64,000 bases of DNA, taken from Curvularia clavata (lineage: Eukaryota). Numbering within the stretch: position 1 is the first letter of the stretch; every line of letters starts with the position of its first letter. This document shows positions 9,901 through 19,100 of the stretch, piece by piece. Made by a program: the position numbers and the translations under genes. Location: positions 1,984,001 through 2,048,000 of the forward strand of contig CP089278.1 in NCBI GenBank assembly GCA_023920165.1. Direction: 5' to 3'. A model generated the notes under the pieces. The model was given only the letters and a program-made list of their open reading frames with translations, was not told where the DNA came from and searched no databases.

Positions 9901-11258
9901 CGAAGTACTCGCCACACTACGCGAACTACGGATATGAGCCGGTTGCTCATCGAGATCCAAAGGATATTGAAAGTATCGCAGTCGGAGCAGACGATAAAGC
10001 CCGACTAATGCGCGAATTGCATAAAGAATTGAGCAGGAACATCGCTCATAGGAACCTCACGACGTCCAAAGCTGCGAATAAGCTAAGGATTGAGGGACCA
10101 ACCTTTAAAAAGGGGGACAGAGTTTTCTTGTCACGACAAAACTTGAAAACTAAACGACCAAGCAAGAAATTGGACAATCTCCGATTAGGACCATTCGAAA
10201 TCCTAGAGAAAATGGGACCCGTAAACTATAAACTACGGCTACCACCAGGCATGCGTATACACAACGTTTTTCACAAGAAACTGCTAGAACCTGCACCCCC
10301 AGAAGCCGAGCTAATGGACGATATCGAGCTCGAGGACGACGAATATACGGTCGAAGAAATCAAGGACCTACAGAAAATAGGCGGTCAGTGGAAGTACTTG
10401 GTCAGGTGGGAAGGATGGCCAGATAGCCACAACACTTGGGAACCTGAAGGAAACTTGACGAACTGCAGGTCACTGGTACGCGAGTACCATCGGAAACATC
10501 CACGGAAGCGAGGGACGGACCCTCGAGGGAAAGGAAATAATCAAGTGAAAAAGGGTCGTAAGAAACGTCAGCCTGTAACCAGCCCAAGTCAGTCGACAGT
10601 CCGGGTAGCGATGGTTCGGTTGTCGGATGGTCCGTACCAGGGGCGGAGCTCCCCTCGGCCTGCTCTTGCGCACGATCCTGAAGGCTCAAGATGGCATGAT
10701 CTCGATCAGCAAATTCTCGCTCTCGCGCCTCAACCTCTAGGAGCTCGCGCCGAAGTCGCGCAGTCTCCATCGCAGCCTGAAGCTGGCGCTCCTCAGCACG
10801 AGCAATCTCGAGACGCTTTTGCCGCTTCTCAGCCTCGACCTTCTCCCACTCTTCCTCAGAAACAAAAAGGCTACACTCAGCGGAAACCGAAATACAACCA
10901 GCGCAGCGACCAGATGCTGTGTCCACGAAACAACGAAGATTCTTCTCTTCACAACGTTTACACCGAAAAGTCATCTCGCGGCCTTGTTCCCTTATACGGT
11001 CAGCGCGGGCCCGACGCTGAAGAGTCGAATTCTGGTTACGGACACGACGAGTTGGTTGAACCTTGGGCATGGTTAGGAAGGCATGGAGGAAGAAGCGCCT
11101 ACGACACAACGGGCATACCTCGATACTTATCCAAGCCACCAGCGCCAAGCGACGCACGGGAAAACGATAATCCAGGGTATCGGGACGATAACCCTAAGAG
11201 GGGGGATAATGTTACAAGTAACAAAGAAGGATCTCTCCTTGACGATGGCCGCAGGTAG
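6747..11258 (+). CDS. pol: Pol (PR-RT-RNase H-integrase-chromodomain), expressed as Gag-Pol via frameshift near 6950; long C-terminal extension into the 3' LTR
   Basis: Protease AIVDSGA; RT YLDD; RNase H ETDASDYA; HHCC and DDE integrase; chromodomain YTVEEI...YLVRWEGWPDSHNTWEPEGNL. Confidence 0.96.
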   Translation: MPDDQVQDARDKGDQPARDAGRNDPPPKRTLDLLHRRQLQNPPGRKTEPWLLSAEKKGKEAWVQGTVKKLGCHQGQGHAGKGSPKTTLRRVHYTDDRPKELVTTVYVQGHKLQAIVDSGAARTMISPRVVEKYEIPYRSKKRPLQVISAEETPVAYGKGTIRLETELVTLEVSDTKSQMSISIMDLGETDLLIGYDWLDAHNPAIDWRNRTILSREPAKRVAGVRHEIRPTNQCTTRDGRFGKISPHKIARIYAKDPQQVGVIWLRRVVPKKDRPLPQEKPKDVLLDIPKEYRTNEFKELFEENEATDLAEHQDWDHEIILEDGAKLTPGGMYPISPEHDAELKEYLRKNLKKGFIRPGSGPMASPILFVKKPNGKWRLCVDYRRLNAVTRKNRYPLPLITELMDRLQGAKWFTKFDVREGFYRIRIKEGDEWKTAFKTKYGLFEYTVMPFGLTNAPATFQSVINNALHEYLGVFATAYLDDVLVYSKGTLEEHIEHVKKVLRKLKEYKLYLQPGKCEFHTQETEFLGFIISTEGVKMNPKKVQAVRDWKTPKTVKDVQSFLGLANYYRKFIKDYSKITAPLTEITKKEVGFRWKQEQQKAFDKLKQTFLEAPVLEMYDPQRPTRLETDASDYALGAVLSQQCPDGKWRPVFYHSRKFDEAELNYDVHDKELLGVVDAFEQWEVYLLGLPHTIEVFTDHQNLTSFMTTKKLNRRQVRYAEMLAQFDFKITHRAGSLNGAADALSRRSDLRGKGHKEPHDAVLKRMPDGSLRYNQPDLARLAKIAEQVETLQQQWQQKANEWVPLDGQKELNGLQNKGEPRNESRPYVPTHMRKDLIKELHESREYGHASIDEMVRRLNKAFYMPRLRAQVQEVVGNCVACHQNKPKRHKPYGLLQPLPPPTRPWSSVTMDFIVKLPKSLEPGSARLCDTILVIMCRQTKGAKFVPTEETITAEECAYEVSKALISEHGMPEEFITDRDKLFTSKYWSTFLAKLGVKKKLSTSFHPETDGQTERTNQTLEQYLRFYANKLQDNWVELLPTAQLAYNSSRSATTKYSPHYANYGYEPVAHRDPKDIESIAVGADDKARLMRELHKELSRNIAHRNLTTSKAANKLRIEGPTFKKGDRVFLSRQNLKTKRPSKKLDNLRLGPFEILEKMGPVNYKLRLPPGMRIHNVFHKKLLEPAPPEAELMDDIELEDDEYTVEEIKDLQKIGGQWKYLVRWEGWPDSHNTWEPEGNLTNCRSLVREYHRKHPRKRGTDPRGKGNNQVKKGRKKRQPVTSPSQSTVRVAMVRLSDGPYQGRSSPRPALAHDPEGSRWHDLDQQILALAPQPLGARAEVAQSPSQPEAGAPQHEQSRDAFAASQPRPSPTLPQKQKGYTQRKPKYNQRSDQMLCPRNNEDSSLHNVYTEKSSRGLVPLYGQRGPDAEESNSGYGHDELVEPWAWLGRHGGRSAYDTTGIPRYLSKPPAPSDARENDNPGYRDDNPKRGDNVTSNKEGSLLDDGRR
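6948..7009 (+). promoter_or_regulatory. -1 ribosomal frameshift signal: slippery A AAA AAC plus predicted pseudoknot
   Basis: AAAAAAC at 6948-6954 immediately before the gag TAG; pol is in the -1 frame; ACCAG/CTGGT stem, with loop AGGGTC pairing to GACCCT at 7004-7009. Confidence 0.8.
10402..11070 (-). CDS. Antisense ORF of the retrotransposon: Zn(II)2Cys6 cluster + coiled coil + acidic tail (~222 aa from ATG 11070; frame open to 11157)
   Basis: CKRCEEKNLRCFVDTASGRCAGCISVSAEC = C-x2-C-x6-C-x8-C-x2-C-x6-C (10873-10962); then EEEWEKVEAEKRQKRLEIARAEE...ELLEVEARERE; then DLGWLQADVSYDPFSLDYF. Confidence 0.8.
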   Translation of the reverse strand: MPKVQPTRRVRNQNSTLQRRARADRIREQGREMTFRCKRCEEKNLRCFVDTASGRCAGCISVSAECSLFVSEEEWEKVEAEKRQKRLEIARAEERQLQAAMETARLRRELLEVEAREREFADRDHAILSLQDRAQEQAEGSSAPGTDHPTTEPSLPGLSTDLGWLQADVSYDPFSLDYFLSLEGPSLASVDVSDGTRVPVTCSSSSFLQVPKCCGYLAILPT

Positions 11259-11716
11259 GAGACCATTGGGCGACACGTCAGAAGGTAATGATCCCCGCGG
11301 AAGGGCGATCACATGACTGGCCTCAGGCCAAGACCGGGAAACCACGCTAGTATGTGAGGACACGCTCACACGTGACCAAAGTGACTTCAGGGACTTCAGA
11401 GAACACAGGGGTTATTCCGTGAGGACAGTGAGGACAGGACCGGAAGCAATGGGTATAAGAATGTGTTGGATTTCATTATTACACTCGTTGTGGTCAACTC
11501 AGCAAAGTATCTTTCATAGTTACCTTTCATACTCAGATTGATACTAGTTATTCTATCTTCCAATAGGATTGGTTTTGTCTATCTTCCGTTAATCCCTACC
11601 ACCGAATCGCCAGACAACTACCTCACGGTATACTTCATAGAAACTGGCCTCGCCCTAACCCGGAATCTAGGCTAGGTAAGTATATTCCCAACTAACCAGT
11701 AGGACCCCGTGTAACA
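11210..11716 (+). repeat. 3' LTR, family A
   Basis: Direct repeat of 4299-4805, preceded by the PPT. Confidence 0.97.
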
Positions 11717-14459
11717 ATATAGTTATATATATATATAACTATAATTTGGCTTATTAGAAATATTTTCAAACGTACTTGTATTCTTTGTAGAGTATATTTT
11801 TTGATTTTGGTGATACTTTGGCCTATTTCGAGAAAATTCGGCTCGAGATCCATATCCACGCTGGATTCCAGACTCGTCAGAAAATATAACTTTTTTAAAG
11901 TTAATATTACTAAGCTTTTTAAGCCTATTTTTAGCGTAAAGTAGCCGTTTTTTTGCTTTTTTCTCATTTAAAATTGGCTTTTTTTGACTAGTTGTTATAG
12001 TCCAACCCACAGCTTTTAAAACTCTTTGAAGAGTTCTATTAGATATTTCTAGATTATTTTCGTTTAATAATCTATTTTTTGGCTTTTTTAGACTTCATGT
12101 TATATCTCTATTTAGAGCTCTTATAGCTCTAGAAGATGTCTTTGGAATTCTGCCTAGACTAGCTCTTTTTTGCTAACTAATATTGGAATTTTTCTTTTTA
12201 ATCCGTTTAATAGCGTCATATATTGATTGTGGCGGTTTTTAAAAATAGTTAATGATATTTTTTATAGAAGTATTTGCGTCTAAAAATGCGTTAACTTTAC
12301 GTTCAAAATCTGAATATTTGGGCTCCATAATGTGGGAAATACAGTTTTAAGTTGCTAGAAATGGAAAGCTCTAGATATATACTAGTTGATTACTAATAGC
12401 TGACTAAGCGGCTGCTTATATAAGCTAGTGCTAAAATCTTAAATTTTATATCGCTATTTTATTAGATAGACAACTATAGCTATATAAGATATATATAATA
12501 TATATAGATAGATAGTCTCTATCTATGTATAGATAATTATAAAAGCTATAAAATTGAAGCGCGAAAAATACGTGTACAGTTCATGTTTTTTTTTCTCTCT
12601 AGTTTAGTCTTTTTTTACGAAGGCTTTATACTGACTAAGCCAGATTTTAAATTTCAGTCTCAAACTGCTAACTAATCTCTATATAATATACTAGCTACTT
12701 AATTTTTAGCTATGTTATTAGCTGAGTTATATAAGTTTCAAAATTGCTACTTTTTTGATTGGTCTTTCTTTTTGTCACCCCTCTGTACTTTAGCTAGTTA
12801 GAGAGCTATTTCTAGAAATTTTAAAAAATATAAATATCTATTCTATTATAGAAGGTAAACATGGTATTTAATATAAAAATAACTATAATTCTTTACTATC
12901 TAGATAGATTAATAGAGTACAACAATATAGTTAGATTAACAAAGCTAAGAGAAGATTTTTAGATACGTAAGAGATGGAAATTAGTTAGAAAGTAATATTA
13001 ATAGATTTACTAGACAGAAGACTAAACATTTAAAAGTAGAGTAGTTATATACAGCTATAAGCTATTCTATTACTTCATACTATATATCTTTATTATAATT
13101 ATAGTTTATTAAATATAGACTTTACTACCTATTACTAGATATCTTATAGAGTAATTATTATTATTTATAACTTAGTTCTATTCAGACTTATACTAAGTTT
13201 TAAAAGTAAAAGCTATAAAACCTTAGTATTTAGTACTTAAGGTCTAGAACCTAAAGCCTCGCGTTCGAATCTCTGTAAGAAAGTTGTAGGTAGGTAAATA
13301 GGATAACTTTCTTAATTAACTAAAATAGCTTATTAAGAGGTGAGAAATAGATATAAAATATCTAGTAAGTGGTCAAAATGTAGGTAATAAGTAGATATAT
13401 TGGAGCTAGGTTTTCAAATAACTATAGACAGTCAGCGTCTTTTATAGACAACTAACGGAGATAGGCGCTGCGTCTATTTCCTATCTTGATTTCAAATCAA
13501 CTACTAGACTAAAGTATAATTAGATTAGTTTTTTATCTTTTTTATGATTTATAAGATTTTATTATAGACTAAAATCTTTATAATCTAGCTTGCTAAGCAA
13601 GCTAGATCTAAAATATAGAATAATGACGTCTTATATCTAGATAAGAAAGCGGAGAAATACTTAAAATACTCGGCAGTTAATAGCTACATCAAATGTAGAG
13701 CTACAAGAACAAAAACAACTAATTTGAATAGCTAATCTTTTATAGAATAATACTAAAATATAATATAATAATTATATCATAATTTACAATCTCTAGTTAG
13801 ACAGTGTCCTTTATCTTAACTTTTCAATTTTTAGTAGACTAAAACATAGCCTGCCGCTCGTTTATATAATATATATTTTATACTAATCGCCATAGGCAAG
13901 CTAATTATAAGAAATAAATATCAAAATAAATAATTTTAACTAAGGTTATCAATTATATAAAGAAAAACAAAATATTAATAGATTGGCTAGACTAAAAACT
14001 AATTTTAAAAAAATAGAATAATTAAAATAACTATAAGCTCTTCTACTATTGTATACTGTTTATTATCATTATAACTATAGTTTATTATATATAGATTTTA
14101 CTATTTACTATTAGATATTTGATAAGGTAGTAATAATCAGTATATAATTTAGTTGTTTCTAAACTAGTATCATTTTTTTAAAATAAAAACTAGATAATTC
14201 TTAGTATCTCAAATTTAAAATTTAAAAAGCCCCGTATTTGAATTTCTATTTAGATAGTATTCTTTATCTTAAGTTCTTAATTTTTAGTAGTCTAAAAAGT
14301 AGTCTACTATTCATTTATATAATATATACTTTAAGCTAACTACTATAGATAAGCTAATTATAGAAAATAAAAATAACAATAATACAATATATTCAGCTTA
14401 TTCTATGTTTTTGTTAATATTTCAGTTCTAATTTAGATTAATTATATCTAATTCTTATG

Positions 14460-15085
14460 AATAGTAAATAGTTTTTATTATTTCTATCTTAAATATCTAG
14501 TCTATTTTTCATAAACTACTTCAAAAAAGATTACTATAAAGCTTTAAAAGTAGCTCTTCAAATAGTCTGACTTTCCAAATATAATTATATTTAATAATAA
14601 ATATATTCTCTACTATACATACTAAATAGATATAATATCACTATGATAGTATTAAACCTATAAAATTTTATTTATTAATATATAAAAACAATCAAAAACT
14701 CATAAATCTAGTTACTATTTAATTAAAAAGAATGTGGTAAAGCTATCTATTCTAAAGATTTAATTATAGCTAGATTATAATATCAATAAAATTAAAAAAA
14801 CCCTAGAAAAATAAATATAAAGATATAAAAACAACATCATGATTTTTAACAAGTATAGCTTCAATACATATAATATTTTATTTAATTTAGTTAAATCTAT
14901 ATTAGTTAAATAATAATATAGATGTAAATTTTAAAATAGATATAGATATTAATAGTAGTAATAAAAATAATATAAATAGAGATAGTTATATAACAATAAT
15001 AATATAATTAGAGATAGTAATATAAAAATAGAGAATTTTGAAATTGTAAATTTAAAAAAAAGAATAAAAAAAATAGCATACTAAT
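14460..15085 (+). pseudogene. RIPped paralog of the unknown acidic-tail gene family X (partial)
   Basis: Collinear with 23150-24101 and 34210-34880 (GTTACTATAGAGCT..., AAGAATACGGCAAGGCTGCCTATTCT, acidic GAT/GAG tail). Confidence 0.6.
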
Positions 15086-16101
15086 ACTATATTATAGAAA
15101 GTAGATAAACTATCTTATCAGTTCAATTTCAATAATAATAATATCATTCAAAGTATTTTTTAAAATATTTTATAAAAAGTTTAAGCTAGATTTTATAGTA
15201 TATTTTCTATTATATATTTATATTAACTTAGAAACTAATTTAGTTATTAAATTGTAAGTTATTTTATAAAAGATATATTTATATATAGTAGTTTTACTTA
15301 CTATATGTATTATAATTACTCTATCTTTAGTATTATACAAGATATTTTTAGAAAACACTTTGGATTTTTTTTTATATTTAAATTAAATTTGATAAATTTC
15401 ATTTATTTAGTTTTTATAACGCTATATACATATATTATTTTATTTCTCCCTCATATCTACTCTCTTAATATCTTCTATTTCTATATCACCATCTGTATCT
15501 ATATTACTATTATCATTATTACTTCTACCTATTTCTACGTCTATATCTTTATTATTAACTACTAAGTATAATTTTAACTAGATAAAATAGAGTATCATTT
15601 ATTTATTTCTGTTTTTGTTTCTCATAACTGGCTCGCCTATAGCGATTGGCCAACATCAAAAAGTAGTCTCAAAACAAAGGTAGGCCGCCCCTCAGCCTAC
15701 TAAAATTTAAAAATTCAAAAAAGAACTATATCTAAGGAGGGATTTAAATGCGAAGCTTTAAACTCCTATATCTTAGGCTCTAGTACTTTTAGCTTTATGT
15801 ATTAAATCTAAAATATAGTATAGATGTAAATTAGAATAATAATAATAACTTTAATAGATAGAAGTCTATTGGATAGCTAATAACGGGCAGAGAAAATCCT
15901 AAAGTTGTTGAATTATAGTTGTAATAAGAATATATAGTATTAGAGTAGCGTATACTATTTATAAATACTTACTCTTCTACTCTTATAAACTTAATCTCTA
16001 GCTTAGCAAAATCTATCGACGGTATTATATACTTAGCTTATCCTATCTCTTTTTTTAGTCTTCTTTAAATTTGGATTATATCTAATCTTTCTAGATAATA
16101 G

Positions 16102-19100
16102 TGTTACGATCCAGAAACTGGCACATATAAAATACACCTTGATGACACTGAAAATGATTACGCCCAGCGACAGTCATTAGTTTGGAGGATCTAACTTAAA
16201 ACGCCGTGCCGTAATCCTTCTACCATGCCGTAGTTACGTGACCGCTTAGTAATAAGTAAGCGCTTAGTACTGAGTAGAACCTATAGTACTTAGTACTAAG
16301 TATGGACAGCTAATCATAATTAAGAAATGGACTAATTAGTGGTGCTTAGTATTAAGTAATAGAGTGTTTAGTAATAAGTAAGCTACACTTCTTAGTATAT
16401 AGTAATAGATATCGAACTTTTATAGCTTAATATATTTAACTTAAGTTATAAGTATAAATATAATATACGAGTTACTTATAGAACCGTTTATAATATACTA
16501 TTGCTTTATCTATAAAAACTAACTTAAGAAGATTTCAATACTAGAAGTTTTATATTACTTCTACTCGAGATTATACTTTTAATATTTTAAATACTCTTAT
16601 AATAAGTGATATTGCTATAAATACTTCTAACGTTTCCTAGACTAGAGGATCTACTATCTATAGATATAAGTCTAACTTATACTATAGAGAATGTAAAAAG
16701 CTTAAAGCTTAGCTCTTCTAGGTTGACCGATATTTCTATCTTAAAAGAGATAAGATCGATAATACTAATAAGATTATCGTGGCTACCCTATACCTTTGCG
16801 GTAATACTAAGAAGTGGGCTAATTCTATTATTAAACGCTATATAGATAACACTATCTAGGACGCTAATAATATAGCCCTAGTTAAGGACTAGAATACCTT
16901 TAAAACTAAGATGCGATAGAACTTCTCACTATTTAAGAAATTAGTTATTACAGAATAAAAGATCTAGGAACTCCGCCAGACGTAGTCTGCTACTAACTGT
17001 ACTATACTATTTTAGTAGTATACTATAGTCGTGGAATAGAATAATAATACTCTTATGCGCATATATAAGTAAAGTCTTAAACCTACTATATGTAGAGAAC
17101 TTATACAAAGTAGAGCTAGTATTAATATACTAGAAGAACTTATTGAAGAATCTATTTGACTAGACAACGAACTTTACGAACTATTATTAGAAGAACGACT
17201 ATTTAGTAAGAGAACGCGCAACTAGAGATATACAAATAAACGACCTAAGAAGTATATCTACTAACGTGCTCACTCTAACGAGGGATGATAGCGAAACTAC
17301 GCGTCTAGGACCCTAGAAGCCTATTATAGATATAGTGCGGAACTAATATATCTCGATAATATTAATAAAGGTAATAGGCCTAGCAAGTTTAATAAGTAAC
17401 TATTTAAAAGTAAGAAGGAATTTAGCTGCTACGCCTGTGGCAAGGAGGGCTATATAGTACGAGACTATTAAATTAAAGATACTAATAAGGTTAAACAATA
17501 ACTTAACGTACTATATAGGAAATTAGAGCTAGATAATAATAAAGGATAGAATATTATTACCCTAGCTAAAATCCGATATCACCCGGACGACAAAGGGCTT
17601 ATTAGCGGGCTCGAGAATGTTACTCTTACTACGTCCAAGAATACTACTAAAGTAGAATTAAGTAGTAATAAAAGGTATAAAATATTTAGTAAAAAAGAAG
17701 AAACCTCTACGCACAAGACCAAATATAAGAAAATGGCCGAGTTTAAGAAGAAATACCGACTAGCTACTCCGCGCTATAACAGCGTCTTACTAGAAATTCT
17801 ATACGTAAGAGACAACCTAAAATATATAGAATTACAGACTAATATACTATAATAACTTTTGAGTTAACTCTTTTATAGGTATAATTACAATAAGCCTAAT
17901 ATACTTCTTTATATGTATAAAGATATATAGAATCTTAAATTAGATATTAACTTCTTTTCTATTATAACTAATTAGGAACTACTAGACTATACGTATATTA
18001 CGGCTAATATGTAATAACTATAAGGAAATACGGAGTTCCCTGAGGATAAGAAGACATTCTAGAAGGAGAACTCTATAACAACACCTTAATAGGCTAAGAA
18101 GGTATAAGCAGACTAGATATATAACAATTAGTACTAACTTAGTCTTTATTAGTACTACGTAAATAACTATAAGTATGCGTGGATCTACTAGACAGATTGT
18201 GTCTATGACTTTTGCCTAGTATATTGGCAAGCTAAGTAAAGATTCAATTAGAATCTAACCAATGTTCCTAGATACTTTAAATACAACTGAATATAGTTAG
18301 AATATACTAATATAGGATGCGTAAAGCATCTATAGAATAAACGCACAGTGATATACTTTCTAGAAAGAAGTAGCCTAAAGGAGGTAGTGGATATATAGTT
18401 AACCCGCACTATATAAACTAAGTATAGTAAATAACAAGTATGTAACCAATCTCTATAGCACACCTGTCTTATAGAAGAATACTAGAAGTATGAAGTAGAA
18501 AAGATCTATAACGGATTTACAAAGGAATAATCTTTTTTAGGCCAGCGCCACGAAAGTAGGGCCCCTCTAGGGAAATTAACTTAGTAAACTTCCTAGAATT
18601 AATTAAGCTTATAGTAAAGCTTAATAGAATATAGATATAGGTATTAGTAGACTTAGAATTATAGACAAACTACGTTTCAGCGCACGCCATATAACGAGCC
18701 AGACTTAAAGTATAGTAGAAATAAGAGCTATATCTACTATATATCGCTAGCGGCGAACTAATATCTAAAGGAAATAATATTATAGAAGAGGTTAGACAAG
18801 TAATACTTAGTATCTAAAAGTATAAGAAGAAAATAGACTTAGACGTTCTTAGACTAGCTATCTATAATATTATCTTAGGACTTCTATAGCTATAAGAATA
18901 TAACCTATAGATTAACTAGAAGTTAAAAGTGTTTAAATTCGAGTACTATAGACTAGGCGTAACTGTAAGCTAGTCTATATATTAGTAGAGTTTGATAGTA
19001 GATAAGAGTAACATTACTAAATAGTGTAATAACGCAGAGAAATAAGTATACTCGAAAAGTAGTTCCTAGAGTAGAAAGCCAAACTTAGCAGATACTAAAA

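Larger units (their letters stand above)
4299..11716 (+). mobile_element. Intact Ty3/Gypsy chromovirus LTR retrotransposon (family A)
   Basis: 507-bp LTRs (TGTTAC...GTAACA) with no differences seen; TSD ATATA (4294-4298, 11717-11721); PPT AAGAGGGGGGATAA before the 3' LTR; intact gag and pol. Confidence 0.98.
3643..12328 (-). pseudogene. Tc1 DD34E transposase, 3 exons; exon 1 has two premature stops and intron 1 holds the gypsy element
   Basis: ATG at 12328; TAA at ~12239-12241 where copy 2 has CAA; TGA at ~12096; motifs FSDES, QDNA, SPDLNPIE; C-terminus ARGWYTKY. Confidence 0.85.
3254..12785 (-). mobile_element. Tc1-family DNA transposon copy 1 (long ~330-bp TIRs), interrupted by the intact gypsy element
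   Basis: Ends CAGTGGGGTGACAAAAAG / CTTTTTGTCACCCCTCTG, each flanked by TA; collinear with 42785-44898. Confidence 0.92.

Noticed and set aside
5457..9960. Many short alternative-frame and antisense ORFs within gag/pol
   Set aside because: No motifs or conservation; expected shadows of long GC-balanced ORFs, unlike 10402-11070.
15305..15565. Hydrophobic Y/I/F-rich ORFs (also 18248-18463, 53779-53979, 57668-57862, 60471-60725) as membrane proteins
   Set aside because: Their composition is an artefact of RIP-derived AT richness; they are antisense or off-frame shadows of relics.
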